The position numbers and the translations under genes were made by a program. From positions 79,918,001-79,982,000 of the forward strand of contig NC_043000.1 of the NCBI RefSeq assembly GCF_006345805.1: 64,000 nt of DNA. Reading direction: 5' to 3'. Below, in pieces: positions 25,401-37,665 of this stretch (positions are counted from its first letter, which is position 1; each line of letters begins with the position of its first letter). Source of the DNA: Octopus sinensis (lineage: Eukaryota). The notes under the pieces were generated by a model, which saw nothing but the letters and a program-made list of their open reading frames with translations, ran no database searches and was not told the origin of the DNA.

Positions 25401-28400
25401 GCACTAAACATGCATTCATTTAAACAGTAACTGTTTGATGTAGCATGATGTGACCATTATTAAATAGAACATCAACTCACTTATACTTAACACTGCAATA
25501 GTAAGCATACTGTACTAGCCGATTGGCATGGTGTTTAAAAGTTTATGTTCACTTTAGACAAACTGTTTAAATGAGATAATAATAATGAATCTTTTAGGAA
25601 AAGTTTACTGTCAAAAGTATTGTTCACAGAGCATGGTTAACACTTGGTATAATAATTCAGTCTGTCTTGCTGTAAGCAAGTAATACACACTAAGTACAAC
25701 TAACTACAGCAAGAACTAAGACTACAGAAAGATTGATAACTATTTTACCAACATTTAGTACTAGGTTTAACTTATCTTCTAGTTGATAACCTTAAAGTTC
25801 TTAAGTGTAGCTTTCCAGAAGAAGCTAGAATTTTGAATAAAATTTTTTACTGATTCCATAATATTGTATTTTTTTCTAATGTTCTTGAATTCTTGAAAAT
25901 ATTATTAAAATGTCAGCTTCCTCACTTCAATAATTATAGTTACATTTTCAACATAAATGTAATTACATTTTCCCATATATCTAATAACATTTTTTTAATT
26001 ACAACTTTGTTAAATTATAAAGGCTGAGTCATTAAAGTATTGGATAAAATACCTTGTGGTATTTGATCTGGCTCTCTGAGTTCAAATCCTTTCAAAGTCA
26101 ACTTAATGGATTGAAGATGAAACATTTGGGATTGTGTAGGATGTCTTGTATTATCTATCATAACTCTTTGCTTTCTGACAGCAATGTCTGTGATGACATT
26201 ATGCCAACCTGTATTGGTCTTAAAATGTCCCCTTTCCTTATACTGGTATTGTTAAAAGGGGGCACTGTGCATGCATATGCAGGGCCCACCTTGCCCAAAG
26301 GAGGACCCTTGATAGATTACACTAAATTCACTGGAATAGACTTCAAGTATGAAAAAGTATGTCTGATAGAATATATTGTTTTTCAAGATGAATGAGCTCC
26401 ACCAGACTGCATTACCCACTACTCAAAAATAGTTTTCAACATTGCCACTACATCTCAATGAATGATGGAACTCCCTATATACACATAAATATAATCTATA
26501 GTTCTTGAGCTACTTCCTTTTAGAGCAGTGAGTCCTAGGAATCTGTAATAATCAAAATAATACAGTTCAAGCATTGGCAGGTGTTCTTTGATATTCACTA
26601 ACATTCTATAAATTTAACTGACATTCATATATGATAACTGGTATTCACCAATGTATCAGTGTTTATTGGTGTTTACAAGTGTTCAATAATGTTCCATATC
26701 ATTCAGTGTTATTCTCTGGTTTTCCCTGATTCTCATTGATGTTCACTAGATGTAACTACTGTTCACTGGATTTAATTAGTGTTCACAGATGATCACCATT
26801 ATTTCTTAGTAATTATTGGTATTTATTTATTTGATGCTTAGGTCATAAGTGTGACATTTAAACAGTGTTTACTCACATTGATGAGCACATGATTTTCAAA
26901 GAGAAACAAAATTTGCACACAAGGTAATTTCTGTGTACATCCACAGCAAAATTTTATAAGAAACATTGGTCATAGATATAGAAAAAGATAATGCAGCATT
27001 GGTTGTAATTTCTTTGACTACAGAGTTCCTCAACAAAGGCTGACTTAGTAACATGTAATATGCTTCTGTTAATTATTGTAGATGCCTCATAGTTGTATGA
27101 ATGCATAAACATATTCTCAACTTCTGCATCTAGTGGCACATCTAGGAAGTATGAACAGGAGAGAGAAAGAGAAGGAGAGAGAGAGAGGGGGAGAGAGAAA
27201 GAGAGGGAGAGAGAGAGGGGGAGAGAGAAAGAGAGGGAGAGAGAGAAAGAGAGGGAGAGAGAGAAAGAGAGAGAGAGAGAACTGCACCAGCATTGAACTA
27301 ACATTCATTTATAGCTGAACAGACTGAAGTAACACAAAATAAAGTACCTTGCTTAAGGGCACAACACATTTACCTGTTCTTGAAATTGAACCCGTGAACT
27401 TATGATCCCGAGCCAAACATGCTAACAACTAGGTCACAAACTTTCATTCCAAGCAACAACAACAAAAGTAACTCACTGAATGGAGTATTGTACTGATGAA
27501 ATTTTATGTTGTTGTTGTTATAGTTATTTATCCCTTGGTCAGATCTGATTCTCCAGGCCTAAGGTGAAAGATATTCTAAACATTACTACCCTAAGCATTT
27601 GTTTACCAATGTCTACATTGTCCAACATATCCTTTATTTAAAAAAAGTAGTATGTAATTTGAGGAGGAATCTGGCTACCATTTCTATCTGATTAAGTGAC
27701 CAAATAGAGACTTTCTGGTTGTTGATGTTATTCAGTTTATGGCCAAACCAGGCCATGAAAATTCATGGTCAAAGACATTCCAGCCATGGCTAACCTATCT
27801 AATTGTATATCAGGGACTATTAATATTCAATGTGTCTTTATTTAAGAGGTTACTATGTAATTTGACAGTAATTTTGCTGCTATTTTTAATATGACTGCTG
27901 GCTATGTAGAGGCTGCTTCATTACTTTATTGTTTCTAATATGTGAGACAATTAAAATAATTAATAAACAAGCCTTAGTTATAAGACCCCACCCCAACACC
28001 CCCACCACCACATTAATTAGACTTCTACCTGATGATGTTTTGTTCTCCTTGCTGTTAGTTCAGTATTTTTTTCTCTTAATGATTTACTTGAAGACATTTT
28101 TTTAATTAACTTTTGAACTAGACATTTCACATCTACAATCTTACATTGTCCCACTTTTCTTATTTACTCTCATAAAAACAACATATAGATGCTTAAATGT
28201 GTGTATATGTAATTGTACATATATATGCATATATCTATATATACATATGTATATGTATGCATATATGTATATATTTGTGTGAGTGTGTGTGTGTGTGGAG
28301 AGAGAGAAATAAAGAGAGAAAGAGAGAAAGAGAAAGAGAGAGAGAGAAAGAGAAAGAGAGAGAGAGAAAGAGAAAGAGAGAGAGAGAGAGTGAGAAAGAT

Positions 28401-30297
28401 CCATCTATGTATTATTCTTGATGTAAACATATCACTGAAAGGTAAAATTTTCTGTGGTATTTTGTTAGATATAACATCCTTTATGGACATGCTGCATTTA
28501 AAAACACAATATATAAATTGGAAGGAAACAAAAATCAACTCTATAATAGCTAGCAAGAATGCTAGATAAATTTAAGCCTTGTTAAACTTTGTCAATGGCA
28601 CCTACTTGCAGCCAACCACATGCTTAGCCAAGATTCGTTGCCTCCTATATATAGGAAAGAGTGAAAAACATTCAATAGCATTGTGATTGGCTGGCCAGTT
28701 GAATAAGAGCATGTAATTGACTGTGTGCATGCACCATTGACAAGGCTCATTGAAGCTGAAATGCATCTACCATTCTCCCAAGTCACTACTGGGACAATTT
28801 TCATTTCCCTCTGAGGTATATTGTGTTTTTAAACATAACACTCCATAAGACTTGTTATCTTCAGATGAATACCATATTAAATGTCCTTTTCAGCAATGTA
28901 TTTACATTAAGTGTGATACATAGCTATCTAAAGTTAATGATGCTTCTGGGTGTAAATATCAACATGCATGCATATATCTGTTTACATATCTATGTATATT
29001 TACACACATACATATATGTATGTATAATGTATATGCATGGCAAACTGCAGTGCAACTGATCTTTTTACTGGTCAAATATATCCCAAACACATTTGAACTT
29101 AGCTAACAGTTTGTCTATTTCACATGACTACATCACGTGCCAACCATGGATTTTGTTCCAGTCTGGTGGCCACAGTATGCAGTTAGTCAGAAATGATCCC
29201 CTTCCACACACACAAATGTACAAACACACACACATATAGATAGATATACATGTATGCATAATACATAATATATACATAAACTGCACTTTTTCACTCCACG
29301 TTTCTTGTCTCATGTACTTTAACAAAAGTTGGAGAATGAAACAAAAAACTAACAATAAGGAATAATTTTATCAGAGGCATGCACAAAAATAGAATCTTGT
29401 AAATGAAAAATAGATTGATAAAAATTAAAACAACATTAAGAAATGGCATAATTTTATCATATAAACTGCAACCGTAATAGACTAAAACTATTCATACCAC
29501 CATCATTCACGGGCAGATATTACAAAGATACTAGAGTGAACAAATGAATCAGTGTAACAAGAAAAGAAAGAATACACACGCACACACACACTTACACACA
29601 TGCACGTGTGCACACACACACACAAAGAATATTTTGAAGCGTTAGAAACTCTTGGTTGAAATTTTATGGTGGATCTTTTAGTTGAAAATTAAATAGATTT
29701 CTTGCTTTATGCAAACAGCTTCAAAGAATATAATTTTTTGAATTTAAGCTCCCTTTGTTTTATGGTAATATTGAATACATTTTAGTTAGGAAAAGATATC
29801 TGAACCTATTTCTATTGTTAGCATACTTGTAAGCTAGTGCGAAAGCAATAACAGATCAAATTATGTTAAAGATGTCACAGATTTTCCTGAAACTTCAAAT
29901 ATATTTGCAAAGACCAGTCAGAACTCTTTGGATTGTCTAATACATGTATGCTCTATTAATATCTCATCTAAAATTGATTTTCTATCACACCAATGTAGGA
30001 TTCTGATTGAAAAGCTATCGTTCAGTTCTACTTTGGTACAGTATAGTATAGAAATGGTTAGGAAGTTTCTGTTAAGTGGGCAGTTACAAGAGTTTATATT
30101 ATTACAAGTGTACAAGTGTGTTCAGTGATGGTATTGCCATTGTTTCATTGATGTTTTGCATGGATGGAATTGTCAGAACTGGCACAATCTTTGCAACAAG
30201 AGTAGGAAATTTTAACAGAATTTCTACTAAAGATTTTATAAGACCAATATTCTCTGATAAAATGATGTGAGACAAATTCTTGCATGTATTTGTACAA

Positions 30298-30419
<122 letters not shown>

Positions 30420-30429
30420 GATATATATA

Positions 30430-30489
<60 letters not shown>

Positions 30490-31954
30490 GTGTGTGTGTA
30501 TGTGTAAATGTGTGTGTTTTGTGTGTGTGTATGTGTAAATGTGTGTGTTTTGTGTGTGTGTGTGTGTGTGTCTGTTTGAACTTGGATCATACCATAGAAT
30601 TTTCCTGTTTCTATTTCTATGCCTAAAAGCTGAAATTCTAAGTATTCTATCCTATCTGAAAATTCACTGTGGCTAAATGTTCTTTATAGAATCAAGAAGC
30701 CTTTGTAAAAGCATCTACATCTGAAGATCAAGATGATATACATTTACTATTAATGAAACTTAAATTATGGAGAATATTAAGTGGATGCTTAGAACTCTTA
30801 TTAATATAAAATAATTTTTCATCAAGCTTGTAAGACAAAAATTTATTAGCATATAAATCTAATATCATATCTAGAAAATTAATTTTTTTAAGGTTTCTCT
30901 TGGCAGTAATAGTTAGATCTAAAAATAAAATAAAATGGAATAAACTTTATTTTATTTTTATAAAATTATATGTTTTCTAAATCTATTTCCATCTTGCTTG
31001 TTCACATTTCACGTAATAATTAATCTTTCATCATGATTAATCCTACTTCCCAACATCAGGAACCCTTTGCATAACAAATCTAAAAAATATAACCAACAGT
31101 TTCACACATGTCCACCTCATATTCAAAGATATATAATGCTTGCTCAGCCCATTCAAACATAGGAGAGAAAAACAGACATAAAATGATGATGCTATTACAC
31201 AACAGTATATGTAGTAGGTGCAGGGATAGCTGTCTGGTAAGAAGTTTGCTTCCCAACAACATGGTTCCAGGTTCAGTTTTACCTTGGGTGAATGTGTTCC
31301 ATGTAACCTTGGGCTGACCAAATCCTTGTCTGTTGTACATATACAAGGTGCATTCAAAAGGTATCTGATTTTATTTTCCCCCCCACCAAAACTAATGCCA
31401 CATGGACAAAATCCTTTGGGTGGTAGATGATGTCACCTTTCCAATGCATGTGACAAAATTTTCCAGCTGGTAGGCCATATCATTTCCCAGCTGATATGTG
31501 TAAAGTATGTTCTTCATGAAGTTTGGGTCTCTACAAGAACCTGTGTTTTTATGATTAGTCTTTCTTTGTCTGCTGTCTGTGCATTTACTATTTAACTTGC
31601 CAATCAACAAGCACAAGCTGTTAAAACCTTGATTTATGATTGGAACTGTAATTGACTCTAAGCTATCAATATTGACATTAGTATTATTGTTGTTATGGAT
31701 GTGTTTTTATTTGTCATAAATACTTGGGTTTGGATAGAGTGACCTGGAACATCTATGGTTGCATAGACGTTCCAGGCTAAATTGCGTAACTGGCAAGGCT
31801 GTTGATTATTTGCATACTGGAAATACATATTGAGCCTTTAACACCAGTCATCATATTTACTATTTACTGCAAAATACATAAGAGGTGAATTGCAAAATTT
31901 TATAAGGTTTCTGAAACTGTAATTATGATGGTTACTGAAGCACAAGTTGGGTGC

Positions 31955-32200
31955 AGGCATGACTGTGTGGTAAGAAGCTTGCTTCAACCATATGGTTACA
32001 AGTTCAGTCCTACTGTATAACACCTTGGGCACATGTCTTCTATAACCATGGGCCAATCAAAGTATTGTTAAATGGATTTGGTAGACAGAAACTGTATATA
32101 TCTGTGTGTCTTTGAGTCTGTTTTTGTCCCCCTACCACTACGATTTCACAACCAATGCTGGTGTGTTTACATCCACATAAGTTTGTGGTTTAGCAAAATT
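31955..32200 (+). mobile_element. tRNA-derived SINE, family B
   Basis: Head gcaggcatgactgtgtggtaagaagcttgcttc...agttcagtcc...caccttgggcacatgtcttc. Related pieces lie at 31215-31335, 40848-41128 and 44062-45175. Confidence 0.7.
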
Positions 32201-33993
32201 TAGCAAATTCACTCACAAAGCTTGAGTTGGCTCAGGTCTATAATGTCAGACAATGGGACTGAACCTAATACCACATGGTTGGGAAGCAAGCTTCTCGTCC
32301 ACACATCCACAGTACATAGATTTGGTAGAATGAACATGAGTATATAAATATTTCTTATTTTCAATTGGCAGAAGTTACAAAAGTGACTCGAAGGCTAACG
32401 GGTGCCATGTTTGATAAGTGTCATGTGCAATGCTCTCAACCCTTTGACCACTTATTAACTTCTTCAGATTGATAATAAAATGATATACAGACACGCACGT
32501 GTGTGTGTGTGTCTCTGTGTGTGTGATGCGTGTATGTATATGTACTCAAAACTAAAATATTGCTTCATTGATGAGCTATAAACATTATAGTCAAATATAT
32601 TTTTGTGGTAATCTTCCTGCCTACTATATAGTGGGACCAAGACATACAAATATCCAGAAGATGAGACTGTGGAGGTTTGGAAACCTCCACAGTCTCATCA
32701 ATGATTTATTTAGGAAATTTAGTATTCTATACATGATAATTTTTAATTAACTAAGAAACAAACCTTTTTTTAAGATATCAATCCAACTTATTGCTTCTAA
32801 TGCACACTATTTTACACTTCCAAGAAAACAATTTAACCAATCTTTTCTATAACAAATCTGCCTTCCTTTTTCTTCCTTTACTGCAGGAACTTCTTATTTT
32901 CCTTATTATTATCACTGTTATTATTGTTGTTGATGTAGGATAACCTTTCCACCTAGTGGACTTGTCTTTGAACACTTTAGTTTGCAACACAGGTGGCTTT
33001 TAGAGAGGTTTTTTATCATCTTAAAATTTTAAGATTATAAGTTTGTAAAATCTATTCCAGTGATAAAAACATCTTTTGATATTAACAGTTACACTTCGCC
33101 CATATTCACATTCTGAGTTCAAATTCCACCAAGGTCAGCTTTGTCTTTCATCTTTTCAGGATAGATAAAATAAGTACCAGTTGAGCACTGGGGTTGATGT
33201 AATTGACTTATCCCATCCCCGAAATTGCTGGCCTCCTGCAAAAATTTGAAGTTGATATTTACATCACTAAATTTTAATTAGTTCCATCTCCAGCCACCTT
33301 TAGTGTCATATTCTTGGATAAGTTCATAACTCTTGTCTCAGTTTGAATTAAGATCCTAAACTATCTCTGTGTGTCTTACTCCGGGATGTATAGTATACAT
33401 AACTCCAGTCTCAAACTAAGAACCTCTGTTTTCCTGAAGTAAAATTAACAATAATGCTCTTATCTCCAAGGTCACTGGAGAGACCCAATGACTGATCAAA
33501 CTGATGTAAACATAAACAATTACTCCATCTCTGAGATGAAGTTAATTGTCTGAAAAATATTTTACAAAATTGTTTCATCTCTGACAGTGAAGTTAATAGT
33601 CTGAAAAATTATAAAGTCATTAACAACAGTAATGGTGGTGCTTGAGAGTGGTCACACTTCAGTGACTCGAGTCAGGAACAGAGTAAAAGACTAACTCTAT
33701 CAGATTTTTAGAAATTAAATTTTTAAAATAAGTAAATGTCTTCCTTGACGAAATTTTTTGCTTCTACTGAATTTCCCTGTGCTTGTTATTGCTATTGTTG
33801 TTAATGGATAGTAGTCTACACAAACAGTTATCTCAGTTATATATCTGTCTCATTCATAAATCTACAAAGTAGTAGCTCATGGAATATTGTAGAATACAGG
33901 GAATATAGTGTAGTAGTGACTTCCTGAATATAGTATAGTGATGGCTCATGGCATATTAAATAGCAGTAGATCATGTAATATATGGTATAATAG

Positions 33994-34207
33994 AAGGCAG
34001 CAAGCTGGCAGAATTGTTAGCATGTCAAGCAAAATGCTTAGTAGCATTTCACCCATCTTTATGTTCTGATTTAAAATTCTGCTGAGGTTGACTGCCTTTC
34101 ATCCTTTTGGGGGTCAATAAAATAAGTACCAGTCGAATACTGGGATTGATATAATCAACTATCCCCCTTCACTCAAAATTGTTGGCCTTGTGCTAAACTT
34201 TGAAACC
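33994..34207 (+). mobile_element. SINE family A with 17-bp TSD
   Basis: Perfect flanking direct repeat aatatatggtataatag at 33977-33993 and 34208-34224. Confidence 0.88.
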
Positions 34208-34374
34208 AATATATGGTATAATAGTGGGAGAATGAATAGACTATGCTATATTATTGTAGTGACAGACTGAATATAGTGTGGTTGTATGGCTAAACACAAT
34301 ATATTAAGGGCTGACCAAATATAGTATACAGTGGCAACTGACTAATTGAGCAGAAACCACTGGGAGCTCTAGAG

Positions 34375-34721
34375 CAGGGTTATCAACCATGTTTTGTCTG
34401 TGGACTCCTTTAATTACTATTTTATTCTGGTGGACCTCAATAGCCATTCGATGTTTAAAACTAGTTTTATAGACACCTCTTCCAAAATTCCTATTTTGTT
34501 TGATCACACATTAACCTGTGTAGATTGAACTATGAAAATGTTAGAGAAAGAAACTGAGCAGTTTCTTGTAATAAATAGCAATGCATATGTCTAAAGCAAA
34601 ATTTTTTACAGGCCCTTTAAAATACTATTGTGGATTTCCAATTAATTATTTTGTTGTTTAGACCCCCAAAAATCTAATATGGATCTCCAGGGGCCATATG
34701 GACCCTGGCTGAGAACCACTA
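34375..34721. mobile_element. hAT-type MITE (347 bp)
   Basis: Ends cagggttatcaacc / ggctgagaaccacta with an 8-bp TSD ctctagag (34367-34374) / ctctagac (34722-34729). Confidence 0.75.
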
Positions 34722-34769
34722 CTCTAGACTAAACAATGAAACAAGTATATATGTAAAAGGAAAAAGAAA

Positions 34770-35108
34770 TTTTGTTGGGAAATTCTCTGGCTCTGTTGGT
34801 TACAACAATGAGTGCTCCAGTTGATATGATCAACCAATCAGCCAGCTCATGATATTAACATGCAAGTGGCTGAGCTCTCCATCGACATGTACACTCTTAA
34901 CATAGTTTACAGGAAGATTCAGTGTGACACAGAATGTGACGAAGACGGCTCTTTGAATTACTGGCACAACTCTTTTTTGCCCACTGAGTGGACTGGAGCA
35001 ACGAGAAATAAAGTGTCTTGCTCATGGACACAAAGTGTCATTAGAAATTGAACACTTAACCTTATGATCATCAGTCAAATACCTTAGCCACTAAGCCACA
35101 CACCTTCA
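34770..35108 (-). mobile_element. CORE-like SINE family C variant
   Basis: ctggagcaacgagaaataaagtgtcttgctca and a tRNA-like head on the minus strand, as at 16740-16858. Confidence 0.6.
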
Positions 35109-35754
35109 CAACATGAAATAATTCTTAAAAAAAGAAAATGAATTATTTCATGGCATGAAATAATTAGAAAGTGACGAAATTAGCAATGGTTTATATTAGT
35201 GAGGAGCAGGTATGAAAATTACCCTGGAAGAATTCAGTCAAAAAAAAAAAAGATCCCACTGTTCTTCATGGTGCTTATTTCATAAATTGTGTTAATTTTT
35301 CTTAAACTCTTGTTTAAATTTAAAGAAAATAGAATATTTGCAAAAAATTCTAGAATATTGAGAATGAAAAATACAATATTTTGTATCTTCTCATTTTTTC
35401 TCTCCTTAAACAAAGCTTCTATTAAATTTCTTTTGAATAATTATATAACACACATGCACACTCATGCATCCACATGTGCATGCACACACACACACAAACA
35501 TTCTTTAAAATGCACAAACATATACAAAAGACGCAATATTGATTTATTTCTTGAATTATTAATATTATAATTATTTAAAAAAAAAAATTTATTTGTTTTA
35601 TTTATTTATTTATGAAGTTGATTAAATTTTTAACAATCAGTTTATATCATTAAAAAAAATGTAATAAGAGAATTATCGAAGTTTCTGGTGGTGGCTGGGG
35701 TATCATGCAATGAACAGAACACAGACTTAAAATACCGAAAAGATAAGTTATATA

Positions 35755-35925
35755 ATAATGATGATGAAAATGATGGTGATGATGATGATTATTATCATTG
35801 TTATTGTTGTTGTTGTTGTAGCTATCTTTGTAAGTAAGATTAAAATTGTAACATTGGCAACAAAGTCCTTATCGCTGCCATCAATACATTTTCCCATCAA
35901 CACTACAACCACCACCACCACCACC

Positions 35926-35974
<49 letters not shown>

Positions 35975-36050
35975 ATAACTTCATCATCATTGTCACCACC
36001 AACATCAGCATCATCATTATCATCAAGTTTGTTATCATTAACAAACCCAA
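35755..36050. repeat. Compound trinucleotide microsatellite (ATG/GTT/CAC/AAC/ATC)
   Basis: Consecutive runs are directly visible. Confidence 0.95.
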
Positions 36051-36493
36051 TACACCACCACTGCTCTCAGCAACACCCACATCGACAAGAGTAACAAAAA
36101 CAAAAACAAAATATTTCTGTGTTTGGTCTTTGACATCAAAGGAACTGGAGACAATTGACCAGACTTCAATTCTTAGACATTTGATTACCATTTAACCTTC
36201 CAATAAACTTTCCTAAATTCTATCTGAAATTACCATCATCCATCTATATATCTGTCTGTCCATATGTATTTCTTTCTCCCCCTCCCTCTTTTTTTCTTTA
36301 CACACACACACACACATATATATGTATGTATGTATACAGAGACAGAAAGAGATAGATACACATATACACACTCATACACATATACACACTCACACACACA
36401 CATATATTGATAGATAGATAAATAGATAATTGTTTATTCCTTTGTCCTAGTCCTATCTATGTGTGTGCATATATATATATATATATATACGTA

Positions 36494-36818
36494 ATATTAA
36501 TAGTTATCGCCAAGCTAATATGGCAGTCCATAAATATAGCATGAAAGCTGCCGTTGATTAGCTCCAAGAGGCCATCGCCTCTAGCTAGCTATATGACACA
36601 CGAACCTGTGTCCATTATAACCTTCGAACAGGGGAGGTCAGCCACTTCCCCTTGCTGGTCAGGTATCTGCAGACATGTTTCAGGGTATTTGCTCTTTGTC
36701 AATGCAGAGTAGCTGAACCCAGCAGGCGTTGCTGCTGACCATCTGTTCGAAGGATTATTTACCTAAATTCAGTGGAATACATGGTCTGCCATACTCGCTT
36801 GGCGATAACTATTAATAT
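36494..36818. mobile_element. 325-bp element with 22-bp perfect TIRs, inner inverted repeats and a central hammerhead motif
   Basis: atattaatagttatcgccaagc (36494-36515) / gcttggcgataactattaatat (36797-36818), with an inner IR at 36621-36642 / 36734-36753. Confidence 0.8.
36666..36708 (-). ncRNA. Minimal type I hammerhead motif, core substituted (UUGACAA)
   Basis: Minus strand: tctgca TTGACAA agagc aaata ccct GAAA catg TC tgcaga, with a 6-bp stem I and an ACAUGU palindrome. Confidence 0.6.
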
Positions 36819-37349
36819 CCAGTACTGCTGCTGTAGTCCCCTTTAGAGAGACTTAGAAATAATAATATATATGTAATATTTTGGAGTAATGAGTATATGT
36901 TGACTAGCTTGTTAATGTGTTGAGGAAAGCACTGGCATGGTTTGGGCTATCTGGTGTCAGTTGGGGTATATGTTCGATGGATTTCTTTCAAGAATTCTGC
37001 AGTATTAGTTGAGATAATAATGATTGCTTAAATAACTAGAAAATGGATGGGCAAATAACATGATCAACTGAACCCAAGATCTTTAGCGAGACACCACTTA
37101 ATGTATGGATAATACCAAATCCATCTTTTGGCTATTTAAAATATATATGTATATATGTATATGTATATATATGTATATGTATATATGTATATGTATATAT
37201 GTATATGTATATATATGTATATGTATATATGTATATGTATATATGTATATGTATATATATGTATATGTATATATGTATATGTATATATATGTATATGTAT
37301 ATATATGTATATGTATATATGTATTAAGCAGCTTACATTATTAAAAAGC

Positions 37350-37589
37350 ACCAATCCGATCATGGCCGTTTGCCAGCCTCGTCTGGCACCTGTGTCGGTG
37401 GCACGTAAAAAGCATCCACTACACTCACGAAGTGGTTGGTGTTAGGAAGGGCATCGAGCTGTAGAAACATTGCCAGATCAGACTGGGCCTGGTGCAGCCT
37501 TCTGGCTTCCCAGACCCCAGTTGAACCGTCCAACCCATGCTAGCATGGAAAGCGGACGCTAAATGACGATGATGATGATGATGATGATG

Positions 37590-37590
<1 letters not shown>
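37350..37590 (+). mobile_element. RTE 3' end with (GAT)n tail
   Basis: Same terminal sequence as 21290-21515 and 39500-39750. Confidence 0.85.
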
Positions 37591-37620
<30 letters not shown>

Positions 37621-37624
37621 ATAT

Positions 37625-37655
<31 letters not shown>

Positions 37656-37665
37656 TATATAATAT

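Noticed and set aside
29840-30270. Overlapping ORFs on both strands in unique sequence
   Set aside because: No recognisable motif, the frames cannot be joined by removing the 8-bp duplication, and there are no convincing splice sites.
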